Shown here: in pieces, positions 1-13,768 of the stretch
How the letters are laid out: the number at the start of each line of letters is the position of its first letter
Numbering within the stretch: the first letter of the stretch is position 1
From: Chrysomallon squamiferum
Taxonomy: Eukaryota; Animalia; Mollusca
Assembly: GCA_012295275.1 (NCBI GenBank)
Contig: CM022672.1
Location: forward strand, 17,298,001 to 17,362,000
Direction of reading: 5' to 3'
DNA length: 64,000 nucleotides
Notes under the pieces: generated by a model
The model's database searches: none
What the model saw: the letters and a program-made list of their open reading frames with translations, nothing else
What the model was told of the DNA's origin: nothing
Program-made: the position numbers and the translations under genes

Positions 1-190
1 ATAGTACTTTTTGTAGTTACTAAACTATAGTACTTTTTTGTTGCTATTAAACCATTGTATTATTTTTGTAGTGATTAAACTATTGTACTTCTTTTTGTAG
101 TTATTAAACTATAGTACTTCTTTTTGTTGCTATTAAACTATTGCACTTCTGTTTGTAGTTGTTAAACTATTGTACTTTTTTATAATTATT
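1..190. repeat. Minisatellite, about 27-29-bp unit (atwgtacttcttttgtwgytattaaact), about 7 copies, runs off the window edge
   Basis: Units aligned by eye. Confidence 0.9.
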
Positions 191-2803
191 AAAAAGCTGA
201 AAAATAAATCAATTCATAATGTCTTTCTTTACTATATATATAAATTCATATTATTCTATTTTTTTTTTTCCCCCTTTGCTGTGGTAGAATGCTTACTTTT
301 GTCATGACCAGTGAATATTAAATCATTGAAAATACTGAGTAATATTTTTTAATTAAGATACAAAATTATGACAGATTCCAAATATGCTTTCCAAAAAAGA
401 AACAAATAATAATAAGCTTGAAGAGGATTCAAATGTTTTTATTTCTTTGCATATGAAGCTGATCATTCACAACAAATGTAGGTTGCATGCTTAATAAGAA
501 GATAACATGCTTGAACAAAAAGAAGAAAAAAAATTGTACACATTTGTCTGAAAAAAAAGCTATAACTGCATTATCCTAATAATAACTGCTTAAAATGTTC
601 CCCATAGACCTTGAAAACAAAGTAAAAACAATATAAAAGTAAATTATACTTTGTCCTTTTATTTATTTATTATTTTTTTTAAAGTTATATATTTTTAATT
701 CTTGGAATGTTTGGGGAGAAACAATTTCTAATATATTTAAAAAAAAATAACCTAAGAAAGAAAGAAAAAAAAAACTAGCTGAATATCATGTGGTATTTTG
801 TTTTGTTAAAGTCTGTGGTTTATTGACTAACATGGTTTCCTCACCGAAATTGTTTTTAGATTTTTTTTTCTTCGAAATAATGTGAGAAACTGGACTTCAT
901 TACTCCTGTAATGGTTGATTTAGCCAGTTAGCAACAGATACATTTTTTATTTTTTTATTATGGATGTGAGTGAAAATAAACCTGTGATGACAATGGTGGT
1001 AATAACACAAAACATACCAAATACATAGAATTCTTTTATCAAAACAAAACACTCTGCTTAGAATAAAATAAAAGTATGTTTACACACTTTTATAATAGTG
1101 TGTGTGTGTATGTGTACATGAGTACACTCTTCTGCGTGTGTATGTATTGTGTGTGTGTAAAAGACAACTGTATGTAAAGTTATCTTTTACAATATGATGA
1201 ACATTCAGCTGACAAACTATCTGCCTGAACAAACACTAAAACATGTACAAATATACAAATAGAATGGCCACAATGAGACAGTTCAGCAGTAACAGGCATC
1301 CACACAGCTGTACATGAGTAAATATTGATAAACCTGCCCAAAATGCCGTTCAGTGACTTGCTTGTCAAAATATGATTACAATCGCTATTTCCCAGAATGT
1401 TTTAACATGCAAAAAGCTTTGACCAATATGTAAAATCATTAATGACAGAGAATCTGCTTTTTCTGCAGGCTAAATATGTGGATATCAATAATAATACAGT
1501 TAAAATACAAAGTTTGTCACTGGTTAAAAAGAATTACGTTTAAAAATATTCGGGTACATGTTGCAATAGTAATAAAAAATCATAAAAAAAAGCACTAGAA
1601 GCAGTTTTTGGTATAAAAATGGGACTAGTTGTTGTTGACTAAAAGCAATACTGAGATCTGTGAAACCTGACAGAAATGGTGAAAAACCCCACAGAAAGCC
1701 CCACATTTGAGTGAAAATTTTGAATTAAAAAAAAACTTGTATATAAATATATAATTAAAAATATATGTACATCGTGTTAATTTTAAATATAGGCTAAAAA
1801 ATATATAATAATAATAAAATTAAAATTAAAGAATGATTTCTGAATATTAAACAACCGACTATGTTGTGTTAAATTAATTTATTTTAATGTCTGGTAAAAA
1901 TACGTGTTTAGATTGTTCCCACTAACAAGGTTCTGAGAGTAATCAAATATAGAAATTTCTGGATACAAAATAAAATCTGATTTTTTTTTTTTTTTTTTTT
2001 TTACATCAAAATCTGCCATTTTTTTGTGCTCTTCTTAACTGATATAATTATCAAAAGTATTTATCAACATTTATGAAATATAGAGATGAATATTTAACAT
2101 GAATTTGTCAAATATTAATTATTTAAAAAAGGTCTAAAAAATGAATTATTTAGCAGGCTTGGATAGTGGTAAATCAAACTAAGAAACTAAAAAGATATTT
2201 ACCAATTTACAAAAAAATCTTAGAAAAAGTATTTAACTTATTTCTTATCTTATGAAATAATTATCTAGTAAAGATTCAAACAAATTTAACACAAAGTAAA
2301 ATTAATTCTTACACAAATTATTTTTAAATTATTTATCGGCATATAAGCAAATTTTTTCGATATATGTGTATATATGTATATAAAATTAATGCAAGAAGAC
2401 TGCCACTATGGTAATACCATCCCACCATTAAATATAATCAGCTTAAGAAGTCAGTCACAATATACAAGACTACCAGGCAGCAAGTTAACCTAGCAAACAT
2501 TATTTCAAGAAGATTGCCACTATAATAATTTACTTGAATATAAATAACTAATGAAGACTGCCCTCTTCAGTATCAGATTACAAGCTAGCAATGTAACTGT
2601 AGCAGGTAAGTAAGAATAACTGAAAAAATAATAATGAAAAAAGACTGTAATAACTGACTCCCAATTAGCAACATAACAAATAAGAATGATTAACTTATCA
2701 AGACTACTTGACAGACTGCAATACCCTGACCTACCCATTACACAAAATAAAAATTAAATAATAATAATAATAACAATAATAATAATAATAATAATAATAA
2801 CAG

Positions 2804-2834
<31 letters not shown>

Positions 2835-4663
2835 TACAGATAAAAATACAAATAATAAAATTGTGGTAACATTAATGTTCTTGCACCAGGCTGAACATAA
2901 AAACATGCTGGACATTAAAAAGAAAACCAAAGAATTTCCTTGCACACCGGCAGTCATACAGCTAAATATGCAAATGTACATTTCAAATAGATACAGCATA
3001 AATAGACAACTTTGTACAGAGAACTATACTATTTACACATACAGGTTTGCTTCTTGTTTTTTAGGCACTGAATGATGATGGAAACAAGCTATAAAATACA
3101 AAAACAAATTTTTTTTTTTTTTTTTTTAAATTTTTTTTAAATTGTAAGTATTTGTGAATTATTATCCTATTGTTTTATTATTTGTTTAAAAAATATGATT
3201 TTCGTATTTTTATTCATTTTTTTTTTTTTTTTTTTACATTTCAAGTATAGTTAATAATACCAGTTATGTTTCAATCTATAATATTGTTATTTTGTGATTT
3301 TTTTTTTTTTGCTTTTCATTTTATTTACTAAGTAAAATAAAATAAAATAAAGCAAAATTGAAAATTTAAAAAAAAAAAGAAAATAAAAATATTTAAATTA
3401 TAGATTTATATATATATATATATTATATTAAATTAACAATAATTTAAAAGAAATAATATTTTGTTTGAAAAACCAGTGTTACAAAAATGATTAAAACAAA
3501 GATACATTTTTATGAATTTTGTTATAACCTTCCTATTCATCACCATCACAATATGCAGCATCAGCACCAAGAAATGACAGATAAAATCACATTATACACA
3601 TTATTTACACTTTTCACTGTCCACACACAAGAAAAAGCATGACTTCAACATCATATGAAAATCACTGGATGGTCATTTTAAAAAAATTCAGCCTGCCCGA
3701 TCACTGTAATAACATCACATATGAAAGGATTATGCTTGTCAACAATTTGCAAAAACCAAATGAAAATTTTCATTTATAAAGGCAAAAATGCAGTAAGTGG
3801 ACATCATCTCATGTGTATTTTATATCTAAACAAGATCAACAAAATCTGATTTTTATTATTATTTTTTCAAATCTGCAATTAATAAAACAATCTTATAAAA
3901 GAGAAAGAACTGCAACAATTAACTTTAATTGTCCAGCAACATTTCTATAAGATTATTTGTGAAATTTTTTTTTTAAAATCATCTACTTCTCTAGTTCTCT
4001 ATCCTATCAATGATATTTGACATCTAGAATGCATTGCCTATATCAACTAAGTTTACCAATTTCAAATTCAACCTGCTAAATTCTGTCTGCTGTTTCATGT
4101 GATGCAAATGGCTGAACTTCAGATTATTGTTTCTATTCTACATTCTGACTGGCAGAATCCAGCCTTCTGTATCTATACCACACAGTGTGATTAGGTGACA
4201 ATCATGTGACTGACTGGAATTATTTTAAAATGGTGCTTCTATTCTAAATTTTTATATGGACATGTTAAGTTAAATGAAGTATATTGGTACTGGGGATATA
4301 ATTGAAAATAGAGCCATTACAACGATTTCAAAGAAAGATTAAAAATGGGTAAAAATAGCATGGGCATGAATTTTAATATTTATAGAAATTTTTTAAAATT
4401 AAGTATTTAAATAATTCATGATACAAAAGTGTGTATTAATTGTAATAGTAATGATAAAATAAAATAAAAATATCCCCCAAAAAACCACCAAAAATAAAAT
4501 CCCCCTTTTTTTTAAACACAATATGAAATCCACAAGAGCACAAAAAGATGTATTGCACTTAATTTTTGACATATTTTTTATCAAAAAGTCTGGAATGAAA
4601 TAATCAAGATGATATATTAATTAGCCATAAATATATACATATTACAGGGTTACAAAATTTTAT

Positions 4664-6779
4664 ATTTATGATATCCACTATATAAAAATGTTAAATAAAT
4701 TTATAAATTCAATTGTATTCAGAATTAGCTTTTTTGCTTAAATTCTAAAAAAGTAAAAGAAAATGGATTAATGATCAGGCACAGTTATTAATTTAAAGTC
4801 TACAATTATTTATATCTATAATTAACTGTGTTAGGGAAGATATAAATATTCCACAAAAAAATTCAGTTTCCCACCAGACATTTTTGAAATTCACTTATTT
4901 GACAGGCAATTTTAAATAATATATATACATGTCTAGGGAAAAAAAAAGTAAAAGGAAAATGAATAAATAGTAAGAATTTTAGAAAAATGTTTCTCTGTAT
5001 AACAAAAATGCCTTTTTTTTTTTTTTTACTATAAAAAAGATTCAAAACACTATTTTAACAATTAAAAATAGCATAAATTCTAACAAAACACTAGGCATTA
5101 AATAATTTTTTTTTTCTTTTTTCTTTCTACATACACAACCTGACACAAAAAATGATAAACTAAGAAAAAGCATAAAGATGGCTGAATGGACGGACAAACA
5201 AAATGTCTTTTACACAACAGAAAGGGTCTTTAAAATGATTTTAAAAAAAAGAAGAAAATATATACCTTATAAATGACATGTTAAAAAATATAATTAAAAT
5301 GAATTAGTTCTATGTTTTTGGTTGTTTTTTCTTTCTATTACATGGTTTTATTATGTATTTTTTATTTTCTATAAAAGTTCTTTATAAACAAATAAAGAAA
5401 ATATTTTTAAAATTTTGAATTTTGCAAAATGACATGAAACACTGTGTACTCAAGAACTCTTCACAAACTGGGTCTTTCCACTGGATTCGCCTCCATTCTA
5501 CACTGAACTTTTTGTGGGGGCTAAAGTTCAGTGCAGATGGTCAGTTCATCCTTTTTAGGTTAATTTTGAATTTGGATAATTCTTTTTCAGACCTCTCTTT
5601 AAGCTTCAGACTCTAACCAGCAATAAAACAGGTTTTCATAAAAACAGTAACAAAAATTAGTTAACTAATTAGCTGATGAAAATAATAGCAGCAACGTTTG
5701 TGCACTGACAGTAAAAGATTCACTAACAGGATTTATGTAAGATACAATCAAATGATCTTGAATTTGATACAGTTATGTACAACTATATTTGTCCTAGCTG
5801 AATTTTGAAGAATTTTTTTTATTCTTCTTCTTCTCATACTACAGGTACAAGCCTGCCCGAAACAGTTTGTTAATTTATGTCTTGATTATGTCACTTCTGT
5901 TTATGTAAAATTAAAATTCTGAATACTAAACAGCAATGAAAGCTAATCTTCGTTTATAAGAAAAGGTGCCACGTAATTAGAAGGAGAACGCAAAATGACA
6001 TGAAACACTGGCTCGACATGACTCAAGAACTCTTCACAAACTGGGTCTTTCCGTTGGCCTCACCTTCATTCTACACTGAACTTTTTGTGGGGGCTAAAGT
6101 TCAGTGCAGATGGTCAGTTCGTCCTTTTTAGGTTAATTTTGAATTTGGACCATTCTTTTTCAGACCTCTCTTTAAGCTTCAGACTCTAACCAGCAATAAA
6201 ACAGGTTTTCATAAAAACAATAACAAAAATTAGTTAACTAATTAGCTGATGAAGTTAATAGCAGCAATGCTTGTGCACTGACAGTAAAAGATTCACTAAA
6301 AGCATTTATGAAAGATACCATCAAATGATCTTAAATCTGATATAGTTATGTACAGTTATATTTGTCCTGGCTGAATTCTGAGGAATTTTCATTGGACTCA
6401 CCTCCATTCTTTTCATGTTACAATGAACTTTTTGTGGGGGCTCAAGTTCATTGCACATGGTCAGTTCGTCCTGTTTAGGTTAAGTTCAGTACAATTAACT
6501 GTATCATTCTGGGATCAAGCTCAGGACAGTATCCTGTATCCTTTATAGTACAATTGACTGTATCTTTTCGGGGTTGAATTCAGTACACAGTAAAATCTAA
6601 TATATTTTCTATTTATGATATCCACTATATAAAAAATGTTTATTAAATTTTAATTTTATTAAGAATTAGCTTACTTGCTTAAATTTTTTGAAAAAAAGAT
6701 AAAAAAAAATTAATGGTGATCAGGCAGAGTTATTTGTTTAAAATCTATAATTATTTATATCTCTGTTTAACTGTGTCAG
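4664..6779. repeat. Diverged direct repeats of about 170 bp at 4664-4833 and 6611-6779
   Basis: Shared atttatgatatccactatataaaaa...agaattagctt...tgcttaaatt...tgatcaggcasagttatt...aattatttatatct...ttaactgtgt. Confidence 0.9.
5424..6486. repeat. Local duplication: about 390-400-bp copies at 5424-5816 and 5990-6389 plus a partial third copy at 6390-6486
   Basis: Long near-identical stretches, for example ttcagacctctctttaagcttcagactctaaccagcaataaaacaggttttcataaaa in both full copies. Confidence 0.95.
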
Positions 6780-6860
6780 ATATGGTTAAGAAACAAAAAT
6801 TTTCTTCAATAAAATTATCCTTTCTAAGTCATTATTCAGAACAACTGGCTAAGATGAATC

Positions 6861-6974
6861 TCAATACAGATCATGTTTTCTTTTCATGTCATTCCTTTTC
6901 CATTCGGCTAAGCGGTAAAATTTCTCTCTGGGCATTCTGAATATGTCTGTAAAATCTGAGTCTGTTAAATAGAT
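6861..6974 (-). CDS. ABLIM: Last coding exon: villin headpiece C-terminal subdomain IYLTDSDFTDIFRMPREKFYRLAEWKRNDMKRKHDLY*
   Basis: Acceptor ccttgcag, phase 0, 114 nt ending in TGA; three core Phe and the WK motif of the headpiece are present. Confidence 0.95.
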   Translation of the reverse strand: MYLTDSDFTDIFRMPREKFYRLAEWKRNDMKRKHDLY

Positions 6975-8815
6975 CTGCAAGGATAAAAAATAAAAATAAA
7001 AAGTCCATAATTTTGTTAGTGTTAGAATTAGTTATTTAAAAATCTGTCAAAAGATCTGATTCGGCACAATGGTAGCTGCTGAAGTAAATAATGCTGTATT
7101 TAACAAAATTCAAACACAAATTAAAATCTATGTTAACATGAAATAAACTGTAAATTACCTCTAAATTATTCGTATCTACATCCTTTGGTAGATCGAAATT
7201 GGTTATCTTTAATTTTTCATAGGGATAAACCTGAAATTAAAATGTGAAGAAACAAAACTTGAAAATCGCCAAAATGTTTGGTTTGCTAGATTCAAATTAG
7301 TACAAAAATACTTAAGGATATTTCATTAATTATTAAAGTTTTGTTGTTCTTGCTGTTGTTTATTTATATTAGATTTTTGTTCTTATTTATTTATTTAATT
7401 GTTTTATTCCAATTATTATTATTATTATTACTATTTTATAATTTTGTTTTTGGTTAAAATTACAAAAACAATAAAATATATGCAAATATATATACAATGG
7501 TTTTATTTAATATTATTGCAATAAATATTTATTCAATTCAATTTAAAAAAATAAAATAAATTATAATAAATAAAGACAATGACAACAAAATACACATTAT
7601 GTATTTATATGAGGCAACAAAAATTACAGATTAAGCAAATCATTTTTAGTTTCAAATTTTTTACTTAGAAAAAAAAAAAAAAAATGAAAGGTGTTCTTAC
7701 TGGTGGTTCAGCTGCTGTGTGCCAGGTGCTCTTTTGAAGTTTAATTAGTGATATTGATGGACCCTCATAGCCAGATGCTCCTGTTATACCTGACACTCGA
7801 CCTTCTTTCTGTAACACAGAAACAAAGAACAAAGGTAATATGAACAACAATAACAACAACAACAACAACAAAATAAATAAATATATATATATATATATTT
7901 AAGAATACATGTCCCATATAATATTAAAAATAATAATAATAATAATAATAAAAACAATTAATTTTATGAAAAATCATAAACTATTTTATGTGACTCTAAA
8001 TGAAAGCAGTTTTACTCAGACCAAAGATTATACAAAAAATTAAATTGTTAAATCATATGAACATTAAGATCTAAAAACAGTCTTTTGTCTTTTAAAATAA
8101 AATGCAAAAATTAATTAACAGTATAATGTGTACATAAAATGTTGTGCAGTTAAACTGATTAAAAACAATCTTATTATTTATATTTTTTCTTAACAAAACA
8201 TAAAAAAAGACTGTTATTTAAAAGATACACATTTCAGTATATTAGATATTAGACAGTCTTACTCTTGCACTGGAATCTGTGTTAACTGTGGATGAGGAGG
8301 TATCTGAAAGTATAAATAATTTTTGTTTATATAAACACAATTTTGAATCAATTAATCCTATCACAATAGCTGTATATAAAATATCCTAGAAAAATTGATA
8401 TATATATGTATATATATAATTACTTTATTTAATTTCACTGAGGTTTCATTGACACAAACTTATCTTTTAGAAAACATTATAGTACACTGAGGTATTTTTG
8501 TGTGTACCTGTGTGAATATTTATTCTAAGGAGTTATCAACGTTGTCTGCAGTCTATCCACTTATTGAACAGTTTTACTTACGTGTTGACCTTTGTTGACC
8601 TTCACCACTCGTTTCACCATCCTCAAAATAATAACCCTAAAATTACAACAATATTACCATAGGAATAATTTTAAATAATGTGTACACAACAAGTATTTAA
8701 ATAACTTAATCTAAAAAATACCAAGAAATAGATAACCAAATATGCTTTTATAACTATCCCTCTTTGTTTTGTAGTTAATTTGGGGTATCTTTTTTTGTAT
8801 AAAAAAAATAATAAT

Positions 8816-8853
<38 letters not shown>

Positions 8854-11800
8854 TAGATAGATATAGACAGACAGATACTATTAATTCACTTACGAAATCA
8901 TCTCTAGCGCCATACAGACCAGAAAGAGGCAATGTGGCAGCTCTAGGTGTCAAACCATAAGAAGGTCCATATCCAGGCTTAGGAACTGTGAAATGCAGAC
9001 ATTTTGACATTAATTTTATATCAAATTCAAAAATTAAAATTATATATGTGAGTGTGTGTGTGTGTTTGTTTGTGAGCAAACTAATAATTTCACATTGCCA
9101 AAAACCCAACCTATGTTAAAAAAAAAAATAAAAAAAAATTACATAAAACGCATAAAACATTTGTATTAAACATTTATATTAAATACTTATTTAATATTTT
9201 CAAAAATACTTATTTTTTAAAAAAAAAAAAAAGACAAAAGCTACTTAGTTTTTTTGTAAAGAGAAAAAAAGGATTATATATAAATAACATTTATATATGT
9301 GTCATGTATCTTGTAATGAGAATCTGTCTTGAGGATTAATATAAATATTTACCTGGGACACTAGTCAATGTAGAAAGAGATCTATAACCTCTTATATCAC
9401 TGTCATCCCAAGACCGTCTTGGGCGATCCAAAAATCTTGATGGTGCTGAAAATAAAACATTTTAATTGATAGATCTATGCTTTTTTGTTGTTTTATAAAA
9501 GAAATGACATTAATAATGATATTAGAATGGAAAATATTTTTACAAGTGACTCCTAACAGCATTTTCTATTAATCATTTTCTCATCGTATTATTTTGTATA
9601 GAAATGTATAAAGATTTTGCACATTATTTTTTAAATTTACATGCACTTGACTTTATGATAAGATGTGATTTGTCTTATATCTGTAAATATTTAAAATTAT
9701 ATAGGGACAATTATAGTTAAAAAATAAATATTCCATGAAAATTAACTGTCTCTTTGTATATGTGTGTGTGTGTATATGTTTGTATGTGTGCATGTATGTA
9801 TGTGTGTACATATAAATTTATACGCATTAAAACTGGTCTGTAAACATATTTCAAATAACAATAAACATAGCTTTACCAATTATTATTTTATGCTTTGAAA
9901 CTGGTCTATTAATTCTATGGATATATATATATATATATAAAAGTCAGTGTACAAATTGAAAACTTACAAGCAAACATGGGTGACTGGTACCTTGTACCGT
10001 AGCGTGGCTCATATTTGGCATTCGGCACACGTGAAGCTTTCCAAGGGTCAAGCTGTTTGTGGGGCAACTGCTTGCGCTCGGTCAGCTCCTTGTAGATGAC
10101 AGAACCGATGCCTGACTCATTCTTGATTTTTGATATCTCGTCCAGTTCCTTCTGAATCTTGGGATCTTCGAACACTTCCTCCTCATCCTCTTCTTCGTCT
10201 TTCTCGCCGCGACTGCGTCGTCTTTCACGCACTGAAAAAATAAAAAATAAAAATGTCTTCAATTGGGCTAAGGTTAGAGTTATAGGCAAGTTAAAGAAGG
10301 CTAACATTCAGGTCTCAAAGTCAGTGTGATGTTAAAAGCTCTATTCAGAGTCATGTTTGGAGATGACAAAAAGAAAAATACTTAGAATTATATTTGGTTG
10401 TCAGTTTGATGTACAGGGTTGTTAGTCAGGATTAGTTTTATAGAAAGAATCAGATGTAGGGTTTTTTTGATTGTCAGTTTCATAGGATAAGAATCATGAA
10501 CAATGCCAGGGGTTAGAATTAGAAGAAGGAATATAATTTATGACAGTTATAAACATGTTTTTTTTTTTATCTTGGAAGAAGTTTATTTCAGTTTTATTTA
10601 AAAAACATTTTCCTTAAAAAGTATTTGCTTTGTGCTATAAGAATAATGAAAAGCAGAGATAGGATTATGGAAATAAATAAATAAATAATAGCAACAATTA
10701 ATAATAATAAAAAAAAAAATTATAACTTTATTAAAAAAATTAAATAATTCCCACAGAAACACAAAGCAAGGCATCTCCTACTCTTTCAAAAAGCCATAAA
10801 ATTTCTTTAAGCATTTCAAAAATTGACAGAGCAACCTCCAAACAGGCTATGCGATAAAAATTTTATCACGAATAAATGTGTGACCCAGTGCAGCAGTAAA
10901 CCAATAAACAGAATTATTTCTGCAGTATGTCCTATCTATTTTATCAGTGCAGTCAAGCGTAACTACAATCTAAGCATTACCGTAATATTTAGATAACAAA
11001 TGTTTTACCTAGTACATGATTATCTCTCTGTTGCTATCTTAGAAAAGCATCTGACCCAGTTTATAACACAGAGTGTAATTTAATTTTATACTCAACATAT
11101 TTTAATGTTTGGTACGTTTGGAGTTACACTTGATTAAAGAACATTTAAAGAGGAACACCAACCACCTGCCAACATGATAGATTATTTCTTTTTCTATTTA
11201 AAGAAACTTTTATTTATTAATACTCTCTGTGTCAAATGAATACCTCAAGGGTCAACAACTTAAACTGAGCTAAACAAATTACAGAATTTGAAAAAAAAAA
11301 ACCCATAAATACATTCAGAGCAGGGCAGTTCATACCAAAATGCTCACAAATATGCATTAAAAAAAAGAAAAAAAAAAAGACAAAATGTATTATTCTCCAA
11401 ATTAGTACTTATAATAATAGTAATAAGAACAACAACAACAACAGAAAATTAAATATTAATAAAAATAATGAAAACGTTATTAAAAATGACAAAATGAAGC
11501 ATGTTAAAGGGCAGATAACTCACAGATTTCGGGGAGCAAGGCAGCCGGGGAGGCAGGACCAGGCCAGTCGTCTCTCTCTATCTTTTCTATCTCGTTAGGC
11601 TCAGGTGGTTTCCCTGCTGGGAACATGCTCAGTTTGATGGCCTCGTCATTTTTTAGGTCTGCTGGAGATGAACTTCGTCGAATTTTAATAACAGTTTTTC
11701 CTGTTGCTGTGAAATAAACAAATAAATAAATAAAGACATTTGTAGTGAAATGCAGTTTACTGTAATTTAGTCTTTCTTTCTTGTTTACAATTGCTAACTT

Positions 11801-13450
11801 AAAAAAAAAAGTGTTTCACAGCAATGTCAAACACAGCTATAATAAATGTATATTACTGTTAAATACTGCAGATAAATAATAAAAAGTTTGTTGTATTTAG
11901 CCTAACTTTCTTATTTGCATTTTGAACAAAAACAAAGTATTTCAAAAGCCATGATAAACAGTTGCGTTCATACAAACAAACTCAAGCTCACATCTGGTAA
12001 AACACACACACAAAGACACTTCTGTAATTGAACACAAATTCATCAGAGGGTAATATAAAAGACAAGTCAAGGTTTCTCAAAGTAATAGTGCTATTATAAT
12101 CTCAGACAGCATGAAAAGAAAAGTACTGAAAACATTTGATGCACGAAGCCACATTTCTGCCTTCACTTTTATAGTGATTGGTTTTTTACTTTTATGTTTT
12201 CTCTTATCAAAACTTACCCAAAGCCATCATCCCCTTGCCTGGGAAAAAAAAAAAAAAAAATAAATAAATTAGAACTTTACTCTATACAACCTGAACAATA
12301 ATAAAAACTCTGGCTGAACTGTCTAGTAATCAGCTAACACATGTTAGTTATTTTCTGTTACTGTCAGTTATACTGTTTTCATATTGTTTCTTTCTGCAAA
12401 AATATGTATGTTTTTATGTGCATTTCTGTACATACAGTGTTTGTATGTGTGTATGTATATGCATGTGTGTGCATGAGTGCATGCACTTACTTGTACGTGC
12501 AAATATGTTCTGTAATATAAATGATTTGTTCTAAAATCTCAGGCTAAAATTACACAGACTAATTAAAACAAAACAAAAACTGACATATTAAGGACATTGA
12601 TATTCATAAATACTATGACTAGTGATAAAAATCAATATTACTTTTTTCCTGTATCAACAAATCCATATTTGTTTTTGTTATATGAATAAGATACTATTTA
12701 TTACCTCTGTTCATGATCAACTGAACAAACAACATGTTGATTAAGCAATAAATATAGTGTTACTATTTCGCAACAAATAATAGAGTTTAATTTACGAATG
12801 AATAATTTCTACAGAAATTCAGTCTGACAAGCAAAGTCATTAAAATTTTATCTCAACAGTTTGTAATTTACTAAATCTAAAACTCACTAATAATTTTCTG
12901 ATATATGAATTAGTGTTTATCTTTCATGTAGTTCACATACCTTTCTTGGCCTTCAGAAAATCAGGGGTTTCCTTTGAATAAGAAAAGTTAGCTGAAATAG
13001 AGAAAATAATAATAAATAAATAAATATTAAAATACAACAACTTAAACAATAAACAATAACTAAGATAATACATTAATCTAAGTAAATGCTACTGAGACTA
13101 GAAAATTGCATTCTGTTTAAAAATAAAGTGTGTGAATATTACACACACTGTAAAATATTTTAATATTTTTTTTTCATCCCTGATTAAGTGAGATAAATAA
13201 ATTATCATGAAAATAGTAATAATAATTGGGGGTTTGATGGGGTTTATGGCAGTTATGGTAGGTTTTTTCTTTTTTCAGAACAATAAATATATGACGTGAA
13301 TCCAAAGATAAAATTTCATGTTAACAACAACAAAAAAAGTTCTTTATGGCATGTCATAATCACTATATATATATAATACACAACATAAATCATTTCTGAA
13401 TATTTTTCAAAATTTAATTAATATCTTATAGATACATGCAATATATATAT

Positions 13451-13490
<40 letters not shown>

Positions 13491-13737
13491 TATATATTAC
13501 CAGTGTATTATATAATTATTTCTTTTACTAGTAAACTGTGTTGTTTTTACATGAGGTAACATGAAATGTAAAAAGTGGTGTTGGCATAAAGATACTTTCT
13601 CAAAGTGCAGCTGCTGAACCAGTATTTGGAAAAAGACTAAGAACAATAACATACAAAACACAGACAGACAAACAGACACACACATACACACACAAATATG
13701 CGAAAACACATGCACACATTACATACCACAGTAAATT

Positions 13738-13768
<31 letters not shown>

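Noticed and set aside
1-190. CRISPR-like periodicity here and at 54270-54475
   Set aside because: Head-to-tail degenerate units without unique spacers in a eukaryotic, intron-containing context.
5671-6340. TGATGA/CTGA pairs in the duplicated block as possible snoRNAs
   Set aside because: No terminal stems, the distal D box is not shared between copies, and there is no plus-strand host.
6849-6863. Readthrough or selenocysteine at the abLIM TGA
   Set aside because: The stop falls exactly at the canonical headpiece end, a TAG follows within four codons, and the downstream hairpin lacks SECIS features.
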